Shown one piece after another: positions 56,408-64,000 of a stretch of DNA of 64,000 bases. Both the position numbers and the translations under genes were made by a program. The stretch covers positions 1,612,001-1,676,000 of the forward strand of contig JANHCV010000007.1 of assembly GCA_025594325.1 (NCBI GenBank), written 5' to 3'. This stretch comes from Blastocladiella emersonii ATCC 22665 (Eukaryota > Fungi > Blastocladiomycota). The number at the start of each line of letters is the position of its first letter. The first letter of the stretch is position 1. The notes beneath the pieces were generated by a model. It was not told where the DNA came from, searched no databases, and saw only the letters and a program-made list of their open reading frames with translations.

Positions 56408-57102
56408 TCATGGTTGTGGTGCGATGCTCGAGGTCTCGGTCCCGATAGTCGTGGCGACCGAGCTGGTCGCGTCGCCTTCGGCGAGTGAGGACGCCGAGGG
56501 ACCGACGTTTTGGAACGCGAGCGAGTACAGCAGTGGTCTAGCGGAGGTGATTCGGGTCAGTGCCTGAGCGCAAGGGATCGAGCGAGTGGAGGGTACTGAC
56601 ATGGACTCGGATGAGGTCTCCTGCGTCGTGACGTGAAGCTCCTTCTCGACCGACTGGCGCGTCATGCGAGGGCGAGCGGTCGAGGGTGATTCTACAGCGA
56701 GACATGACATGTCAGCCCAGCATGGTTGCTCAAGCGCCCGAGATCCACGCACCTCGATCGAGCACCGACTTGGTGAAGAGGTACCCGTTGTACTCGCAGT
56801 ACTCTGCAATGAGCCAGTTGATGAGCTCGTTCTCACCGCTCTCCTGCGGTGTGATGCTTGGCTACCCACGAGTGACGACGGAGCGCGTAAGCACTGCGCC
56901 TCTGAAGCAATCGAAGCGAGAGCAACAGACAGGTGATGTGATAGACTCAATCACGCTCTTCCTCATGTCTGCTTTGAGCCGCTGCAGAACGCCGCGCCGC
57001 TCGAGCGACTCGGCGATGGCTGGACGACGGCGGCACGAGCGTCAGCCCTCGAAACGACCCTCACCCGGCTGACATCAACCTGCCCTTTTCAAGTTCATCC
57101 AT
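56408..57102 (-). CDS. FOR20/CEP20 (FOPNL)-like centriolar LisH protein, about 150-166 aa
   Basis: join(57102..57084, 57019..56931, 56861..56753, 56691..56408). AIAESLERRGVLQRLKADMRKSV, LisH-like ENELINWLIAEYCEYNGYLFTKSVLDRE, and C-terminal ELH...PLLYSL. The gene is not visible in the ORF track. Confidence 0.78.
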
Positions 57103-57377
57103 CGACGAAGTGCGATTCATTGCTGCATGTGATTTTGCGTTCACAGGAGACTGGGAAGAGGAGAAGACGCGACGCGCCTCGTTTCAGCCTTTCGCAAGTG
57201 CGGCAACTCCTCACGTGGCATCAGCTGATGCGAGACGCACCGCTGCTTTGCCTTCGTCGTCGAGCCCTTGCGCTCTCCCCCATCCCCGCGACGCCGTCCA
57301 GAAGCAGTGACGGGGGCCCCACCCACCACGTAGCACACGCAGCAACGCATCCGCCCATCGCCGCCGCCGCCGCCACG

Positions 57378-58707
57378 ATGTCCGACTACGCCTACCAGAT
57401 TCCGCCAGGCGTCGACCGCGCCGAGTTCATGCGCTCCCGCGTGTTTGTCGAGCGCGACCGTGTCACCAACGTATGCGGTTTGCTTGCGGGGTGTGGTTTG
57501 TGCGAGCCCCGGGATCGCTTGGGCTGTTCAACCCGCACCGATTCGATGCGCGCACACGAAACGAGCTCACCCGGCTCCATCGCATCGCACGGTGTAGACG
57601 GCCGACACGGCGTTCCCCGGCACCTGGAGCGCGTATGATGACAGCTGGGACTTTGAAAAGTGGGCTGCGGTACGCTTTTATCGGCCGCTCGAAATCCATG
57701 CAGCGCAGCCCACGCTAAACAACTTCCTCTCGAATCCATAGCACTTCCGCATGGACATCCACCGCGTGTCGCCCAACTCGATCGAGTTCGACATGGTCGG
57801 CGTGCACGCGACCGTGGCCAACACGCTGCGCCGCATCCTGATCGCGTCGGTGCCGTCCATGGCGTTCGAGGACGTGTACGTGTGGTCCAACACGGGGATC
57901 ATGACGGACGAGATCCTGTCGCACCGGCTGGGCCTGATCCCGATCCGCGCGGACGTGACCAAGTTTGGCGAGCGTACCGCCAACGACCAGCCCACGGACC
58001 TCAACACGCTCGTCTTCAACCTGAACGTGCGGTGCGAGCGCAACGCGGCGGCGCCCGCCAACGCGCCGCTGTCGGAGCGCCTCATCAACCGCACCGTGAC
58101 GTCGGGCATGCTGGTGTGGGAGCCGCAGGGCGACCAGGCCGTGACCTTTGCCAACGACCCGATCCGCCCCGCGTTCGACGACATTGTCATCACCAAGCTC
58201 AACGAGGGCGAGTCCCTGACGGTGGTGCTGCACGCGCGCAAGGGCATTGGCCGCGACCACGCCAAGTTCTCGCCGGTCGGCACCGCGTCGTACCGCATCC
58301 TGCCCGAGATCCACCTGCTGCGCCCGATCGTCGGCGACGAGGCCATCAAGTTCCAGAAGTGCTTCCCCGAGGGCGTCATTGCCCTCGACACGGACCCCGT
58401 CACCAAGCAGCCCGTGGCCCGCGTCGCCGACGCCCGCCGCGACACCGTCTCGCGCGAGGCGTTGCGGCATCCCGAGTTCCAGGACGCCGTGTCCCTGTCG
58501 CGCGTGCGCGACCACTTCATCTGTACGTCTACTCCCGCACCGAGGCTTTTCACTGGTTACTAACCACTTTTCTATGGACCGCCCACAGTCCAGGTCGAGT
58601 CCACGGGCGCCATGGAGCCGCAGCTGCTGCTCGTCGAGGCGTTCAAGGTGCTCAAGTCCAAGGCCCTTAAGCTACGCGCGTGCCTTGACGCCCTCAACGT
58701 CGACTAA
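57378..58707 (+). CDS. RPC40: RNA polymerase I/III subunit AC40, 354 aa
   Basis: join(57378..57470, 57598..57669, 57742..58522, 58589..58707). IEFDMVGVHATVANTLRRILIASVPSMAFE, DEILSHRLGLIPI, KGIGRDHAKFSPV and DHFIFQVESTGA. Confidence 0.95.
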
Positions 58708-58871
58708 TCGCCGTCGTCGTCGTCGGTCGCCCGCCCCGCCCGTCTCTATTGTGGTATTCGCATTGCAAATCAACTAGTTGTATCAACGTTTGTTCGTCTG
58801 ACATGAGCAGCGCGCGCTCTCCGCCCATCGCGACCATGTACTCTAGACTGCGAGGGTAGGCCTCTCACTCC

Positions 58872-61154
58872 ATGCAACACTACCGATACGGCCCTGATGA
58901 TGTATTCGCGCGATTAAGGACGACGAGAGGCGGCGCTGGACTACGGCTCGCCTCGACCAAGGCTGCACCACAGCCACGACATCGCCTCCGTCAGCCGACC
59001 AAGGACCCGCCACCACCGCCGCCGCCGCCAACGTACCGCCCGACGGGTCTGCGCCCGCTCGCTCTCTCGCAGCCCGACCGGCTCCCCCCCGACGCCGCCA
59101 GCGAGCACCTCCTGCCGGGTTTCGCGTTCGCGTCGTCGCGCGACTCGCCGTGGTCACCGAATGCCGGCGACCGCGCCGCGGCGCGTCATAATCCGCAAGC
59201 GACCAACGCGCCAGCGGCCATGGCGCAGTTCCGCGCCCTGTTCCCTTCTCCCGATCCCGGCGCCGCTGCGGGACCCGAGTGGGCGCCACCCGCTGTGAAC
59301 CGGCCGCTGCCATGGTCGCTCCCCGTCGCGGTACGGCTGGCGCGGACCGTCTCGCACCGGCTTCTCGCCGCCGCGGCGCCGCGGTCCGGGGACGACGACG
59401 GCGTGCCGACGTTCATGGTCCCATCGCCCGTGTGGAGCCCGTGGACCGGCATTCATGCGGAGTGGGAGGGCGTGGCGTGGACGGACGTGCACCGGCTGTA
59501 CCAGCACATCGTGCACCACCCGGACGCTAACCCGCAGCCACGGCGCGAGTCAAGTCGTGCGCCGCCGCGCGTCGTCACGGTGCACGACACGAACCTAGCG
59601 CTGTACGCCTTCCACCAATCGCTCCTCGCGTCGTCCGACCTCGCGACTACCTCGGCGCGGGTGCTCCCGCACCTGCTGCGCCGCGGGACCCCGCTGTCGA
59701 CGTTTCCCGACACGGTGGCGCTCGGCGTGTACCACGCGACGCGCGCGCACCGCGATCTCGCGGCGGTGCACCTGCTGGTGCGCGACCGGCTCGAGCAGGC
59801 CGGCGGTGGCGGGGATGCGGTGCAGGAAGCCGCCATGGAACGCGCGGTCCACGCGCTGCTCGTCGGGCTCGCGCACGGCGGGTACCCGGTGCGGTCGATC
59901 GCGCGCGTCGCCGAGGATATCGCGCCGTGGCTTGCCGGCGCCGGGGCGGAGGCGGCAAGGGCGAGGTTTCTGTCGACGGTCCTGTTCCTCGTCGTGCACC
60001 ACCCGGAGGTGCAGCGGCACGCCCCGGGCGCGGGGCGGGCCAAGTCGGGTGGGGTGGCGGCGATTGACGAAGCGCGCAAGGTCGTGGCGCGGCTCCTCGA
60101 CCAGCTCGCGACTTTGCCGTGGACGGCGACCACGTACCACTCGGTGCTGACGTGGGCGGTGGCGGTCGCCGGCGACCGCACGCTGGTCCCGTTCTGGGCG
60201 GCCGAGATGCGCGCGCGCGGGATCAAGTGGTCGCTCGCCACGCATAACCTGATGCTGCGCGATACCGCGGCGCGGGTCGCGGCCAAGGCGGCGGTGGCGA
60301 CGGACAAGGCCGAGACTCCGGCCACCGAACCGCCGTGGTGGACCCGGCTCCGCACACTCTGGCGGCAACGCCGCCGGTCCTCGCCCACCTTCGACTCTCC
60401 CCTCGCCGACCCGCGCGACCGGGTGTGGCGCCCGCTCCTGTCGGCGCTGCGCGCGATCCCGCGGCCCAACGCCGAGAGCTACGCAATCGTCGTGACCGCA
60501 CTCGCCGACGGCGGCCACGTATCGCGCGCGTGGGGCGTGTTCCACGAGGGCGTCGCGGCGGGCGCCGCGCCCGTCGCCGCGGTCCCCGCGGTCCTCGACC
60601 GGCTGCTCGACGCCAACCGTGTCCACGACGCGCTCGGGCTGCTCGTCACGCTCGCCGAGGGTTCTGGGGATGCAGGGGACGAGGTCGCGCGGGTTTTGCT
60701 CGCGCACGCGGCGCGGATCCGGCGCGCGGTCGGGGGACCGCCGCCCGTGGCGCAGGCGGGCCGGCTCGCGGCGGCGGCTGCGCTCAAGCACATGGGCAGC
60801 GAGTCGGGCGACGACACTGGCGCACACCACCACGAGCGCAGCTGGACCGCCGCGCTCGACATCGCGCTGGCGGGCCCACACATCGACCTGCTCCGCGCCC
60901 TGCTCGCGTGGTCGTCGCCCGCGCCCGGGTGGATCCCGCCGACGCACGCGGGCGCGGTCCTCGAGGTGCTCGGGTCGCGCGGGCTCGCGAGTGATGCGGC
61001 CGCCGTGATCCGCGCTGCTTCGCGGCAGGATCGGGGTGCGAACCGGCTCGCGCTCGAGGACGCGTTCGCGCGCGGGGCCGCGCGGCTCGGCGCGCAGGCG
61101 CAGGCGGGGCTCACGGGCGAGTTGAGGGTGCAGTTGTTGTCGGAACGGGAATAA
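58872..61154 (+). CDS. Degenerate pentatricopeptide-repeat (PPR)-like protein, probably mitochondrial
   Basis: PPR-like units TTYHSVL...EMRARGIKWSLATHNLML and PNAESYAIVVTALADGGHVSRAWGVF; Arg-rich N-terminus (RLASTKAA). Confidence 0.6.
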   Translation: MQHYRYGPDDVFARLRTTRGGAGLRLASTKAAPQPRHRLRQPTKDPPPPPPPPTYRPTGLRPLALSQPDRLPPDAASEHLLPGFAFASSRDSPWSPNAGDRAAARHNPQATNAPAAMAQFRALFPSPDPGAAAGPEWAPPAVNRPLPWSLPVAVRLARTVSHRLLAAAAPRSGDDDGVPTFMVPSPVWSPWTGIHAEWEGVAWTDVHRLYQHIVHHPDANPQPRRESSRAPPRVVTVHDTNLALYAFHQSLLASSDLATTSARVLPHLLRRGTPLSTFPDTVALGVYHATRAHRDLAAVHLLVRDRLEQAGGGGDAVQEAAMERAVHALLVGLAHGGYPVRSIARVAEDIAPWLAGAGAEAARARFLSTVLFLVVHHPEVQRHAPGAGRAKSGGVAAIDEARKVVARLLDQLATLPWTATTYHSVLTWAVAVAGDRTLVPFWAAEMRARGIKWSLATHNLMLRDTAARVAAKAAVATDKAETPATEPPWWTRLRTLWRQRRRSSPTFDSPLADPRDRVWRPLLSALRAIPRPNAESYAIVVTALADGGHVSRAWGVFHEGVAAGAAPVAAVPAVLDRLLDANRVHDALGLLVTLAEGSGDAGDEVARVLLAHAARIRRAVGGPPPVAQAGRLAAAAALKHMGSESGDDTGAHHHERSWTAALDIALAGPHIDLLRALLAWSSPAPGWIPPTHAGAVLEVLGSRGLASDAAAVIRAASRQDRGANRLALEDAFARGAARLGAQAQAGLTGELRVQLLSERE

Positions 61155-61390
61155 AGCTGGTCCCTGCCAGATGCGAGGGGTGATCGGCGGACGCAGGCTG
61201 AGCCACGGTGCTTCGCGCCTGAATCACCGTGACGCGTCGTTGCTGGCGCACGTGGGTGGCCGCCGGGAGGAAAGCCCGAGTTCTCATCGGAGCCTGCGGC
61301 CAGCATCGCTCCCTCTCCCCGCAACAAACGCTATTCGCGCCCCCACGGAGCTCATACACGACCTGCTGCATCCAGCAGATCACGCACCAC

Positions 61391-62788
61391 ATGTCCAAGA
61401 CCGCGCGCCGGCTGTTCAAGAACCAGGGCCGCGCGTCGGCCGCCGCGAGCGACGCCGAGTTCGAGTCGGACGGGTACCTGTCGGACGGCTCGGTGCTGTC
61501 AATTGACGACTCGCCGGGCACCCCGCCGGGCGTCGAGATCGACATGGCCGAGGAGCTGCGCACCGCGCTCGACGGGCTGCTCGAAAAGCGCGCGTCCACG
61601 CGCGAGGACGCCCTCGAGAAGCTGATCCGCCTCCTCGGCAACCACTACCTCGCCGACGAGGTCGACCCGCTCCTCGACACGGTCCAGGACTACGTCCTCA
61701 AGGCCGCCCGCAGAGACAAGTCCGCCGCCGAGAACACGCTCGCTGCTAAGGCCCTCGGGCTCTACTTTCTGACCATTGGCCCCGACCACGAGTCGCGGTT
61801 CGTCGACGTGCGCGACGCGCTGCTCGATCTCATCACCAAGACCACGGCGGGGCGGTCCGAGCCCGTGCGCGCCGCCCTCGTCGACGTGCTCACCCTCGCG
61901 TGCTTCGTCGCCGGGTCCACCGAGCACACGCGCGACCTGCTGCTCGCCCTCGACGAGCTCGCCGCCGGCACCTTCAAGTTCCTGTGCGCGCGCGCCGAGG
62001 CGTCCGGGTCCGCTGCCGCTGCGGCGGCAGCTGCCGCGCAGGCGTCGTCGACGTCGGGCGTCGCCAAGACGCGCCTCGCGACCGCCGGGTCCGCGAGCAA
62101 CACCCTGACGGGCGCGCGCTTCCTGCCCAACCTGCTCGCGTGCATCGGCGTGCTCGCGTCCACGGCGCCGCGGTCCGTCATGGATACGGTCGTCACGCGG
62201 TCGCTCCCCGTCTACCTGCAGATCCTCGAGTCGGGCGTGATCGGCGCCGAGACCAAGATCCTCGCCGCCGAGAACCTCGCCATCTTCGTCGAGTGCGGCG
62301 CGCTCGCCAGCGATGCGCCCGAGCTCGAGCCCGCGACCGCGCTCCTGCAGGCGCTTACGGGGAACGGCGGTTCCGCCTCGGGGGCGGGTCTCGACGTGGC
62401 CAGCGTTAAGTCGGTCGCGCAGCGCGACCGCAAGGCGCAGCGGGCCGCGTTCCGCGACGTGCTCGCGTTCCTCGACGCGGGCGACGCGCCGCACCTCAAG
62501 CTCAAGTTCCGCAAGGAGAACGTGGTCCTGCAGACGTGGGCCCACCTCCGCCAGCTGTACCTGATCCGCGCCTCGCTCGGCGCCGCAGTCCACGTCCACT
62601 TCCTGCGCAACCCGCTGCTCCGGGATATCTTCGGGTTCTCGCTTGCGGAAGACGCGGGGCTGTCGCGCGCCGAGCGCCGCGCGCTCTACTCCCAGTCCGG
62701 CGAGATTGCGCGGTCACGCACGCAGCACCTCCAGAAGCAGCGGTCCATCCGCGCGAACAAGATTGGAGGGTACTTTGGCGACGATTGA
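61391..62788 (+). CDS. Interferon-related developmental regulator (IFRD) family ribosome-binding protein
   Basis: LDGLLEKRASTREDAL, IGAETKILAAENLAI, RDRKAQRAAFRDV and the C-terminal LQTWA...HFLRNPLLRDIFG (IFRD_C-like). Confidence 0.85.
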   Translation: MSKTARRLFKNQGRASAAASDAEFESDGYLSDGSVLSIDDSPGTPPGVEIDMAEELRTALDGLLEKRASTREDALEKLIRLLGNHYLADEVDPLLDTVQDYVLKAARRDKSAAENTLAAKALGLYFLTIGPDHESRFVDVRDALLDLITKTTAGRSEPVRAALVDVLTLACFVAGSTEHTRDLLLALDELAAGTFKFLCARAEASGSAAAAAAAAAQASSTSGVAKTRLATAGSASNTLTGARFLPNLLACIGVLASTAPRSVMDTVVTRSLPVYLQILESGVIGAETKILAAENLAIFVECGALASDAPELEPATALLQALTGNGGSASGAGLDVASVKSVAQRDRKAQRAAFRDVLAFLDAGDAPHLKLKFRKENVVLQTWAHLRQLYLIRASLGAAVHVHFLRNPLLRDIFGFSLAEDAGLSRAERRALYSQSGEIARSRTQHLQKQRSIRANKIGGYFGDD

Positions 62789-63026
62789 GCGGGTGGGCGA
62801 GTGTTATCAGCATTATGTATTCTGTTTCTTAGCACCTCCTAGCGCGATGGACTTGGCGAGGGAGCGGTGGTGACGCCCGAGGCGTGCACGTGCGGATGAG
62901 GCCCGCGTGGGCATCCTGGCGGCGCCGACTTGCGCCACCCGGAACTTTGCGCGCTCGGTTGTCCGCCGCCGCCACACTGCGAACCAACGCACAGTAAGCG
63001 CCGCCTGCACGCCCCGCACCGGCGAG

Positions 63027-63032
63027 TATAAA
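63027..63032 (+). promoter_or_regulatory. TATA box of the downstream orphan gene
   Basis: TATAAA about 60 nt upstream of the ATG at 63091. Confidence 0.5.
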
Positions 63033-63090
63033 GCGGCCGCGCTCCCTGCGTCCCGATCCGCGCTCCCTCGACCACCCCTCACTTATTGCA

Positions 63091-63975
63091 ATGACTGTAC
63101 CCGACGACGCACTCACGCTCTCTCTCGGCTCCTCGGTTATGACCATTCCGGTCGGCTCGGAATTCACCCTGCTCGGCGTCAGCGGCAACAAGCTCACCTT
63201 CACGGCGGAGCGGCCCGAGGGCCCCGTCACGCTCAAGGTCAAGCTGATCAGCGTTGAGCCGGGCGACGACAGCGGCGACGAGGATGAAGAGGACGAGTAC
63301 GATGTCGCTCTGCTGGACGGCAAGGAGGGCAAGGCCATGCCGTCGTCGTCCTCGTCGACCATGTGCCAGATTAGCGGCTCGTCCGCGCGCTACGGTTCGC
63401 GCGATGTTGCCGAGGCGACCAAGATTGCGCCGTCGCCGTCCTCGTCGACCATGGGCCAGATCAACGGCTCTTCCGCGCGTTACGGGTCGCGCGAGGCCGT
63501 GCCCGCCGCTTTTGCGCCGCTTCCTGATGCCGCCTCGGCCTCCACCACGTCGGTCTCTGCTGTCTCGTCGTCCTCCTCGGACCCGTCAACGCACTCGACT
63601 CTTTTCGCTGGCTCGAGCACCGCGCCGTCTGCCCACGCCACGCCCGCGACGGCCAGCACTGGCGGCGACCGCCACGCCGAGATCCTGGCCAAGGCTATGC
63701 AGCGCGCCTTGGACTGCAAGTTCAAGGAGTCGTCGGATTTGGGTGGGACGGTGTACCCGATCGGCTACCTTGCCCGGATCCATGGCGACTTTAAGGACCA
63801 GACCGCGGCCAACGACTGGGGGGCTCGGACGGTCCGAAGCCTCAAGGGCAACACTGGCCTTGACTTCGACTCGCGCTTCACAAAGCAGTACTTCAGCGGC
63901 GCGTGGGCCTGTACCATCGAGACGTTTGACGAGTATCTTGCAGACAAGGCGCGGGCGTTCAAGCACCGCAAGTAA
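63091..63975 (+). CDS. Hypothetical protein, 294 aa (beta-rich N-terminus, acidic patch, internal 30-aa repeat, globular C-terminal domain)
   Basis: Intronless ATG..TAA ORF with an upstream TATA box and host-like GC3 codon usage. Confidence 0.7.
   Translation: MTVPDDALTLSLGSSVMTIPVGSEFTLLGVSGNKLTFTAERPEGPVTLKVKLISVEPGDDSGDEDEEDEYDVALLDGKEGKAMPSSSSSTMCQISGSSARYGSRDVAEATKIAPSPSSSTMGQINGSSARYGSREAVPAAFAPLPDAASASTTSVSAVSSSSSDPSTHSTLFAGSSTAPSAHATPATASTGGDRHAEILAKAMQRALDCKFKESSDLGGTVYPIGYLARIHGDFKDQTAANDWGARTVRSLKGNTGLDFDSRFTKQYFSGAWACTIETFDEYLADKARAFKHRK
63339..63494. repeat. Direct repeat, two about 66-nt copies at a 90-nt period
   Basis: 63339..63404 and 63429..63494 encode PS[S/P]SSSTM[C/G]QI[S/N]GSSARYGSR. 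Confidence 0.85.
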
Positions 63976-64000
63976 GAGCGGCTGTTGGTGTTGTTGATGA

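Noticed and set aside
1-64000. Prokaryotic features (operons, CRISPR arrays, IS elements, RBS-led TTG/GTG starts used by the ORF track)
   Set aside because: Genes are interrupted by spliceosomal introns, and no regularly spaced repeat-spacer array or transposase motif was found.

Overview
Eukaryotic, very GC-rich, gene-dense genomic DNA. Spliceosomal introns are short, mostly about 52-76 nt, with GTACGY donors, a CTRAC branch point and YAG acceptors. Fungal-type genes (Rim15 kinase, Tao3/Mor2) occur together with centriole and cilium genes (FOR20/CEP20-like, CIMIP1/C20orf85-like), which points to a zoosporic fungus, most likely Blastocladiomycota (inference). I built spliced models by hand, and the intact models keep frame through to their stop codons. 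Core genes: Rim15, MAPEG GST, glutathione reductase, omega-type GST, Tao3, importin-11, AP-3 delta, an ABCG transporter, RPC40/AC40, a PPR-like protein and IFRD. An accessory block at about 12.4-24.6 kb holds an ankyrin-like pseudogene, a LOTUS-like + Ycf45/SpoIIIAA ATPase and a three-copy F-box-like tandem array. The strongest leads are: (1) a protein of about 1670 aa made of an apparently catalytically dead kinesin motor fold, a long coiled coil and AT-hooks (35.7-41.0 kb); (2) a 340-bp perfect inverted repeat that gives two convergent genes identical 3' flanks (55.2-56.4 kb); (3) a compact cluster of three glutathione enzymes from unrelated folds (8.3-12.3 kb). No tRNA, rRNA, CRISPR array or intact transposase was seen. 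Family assignments come from motif recognition by eye; no database search was run.
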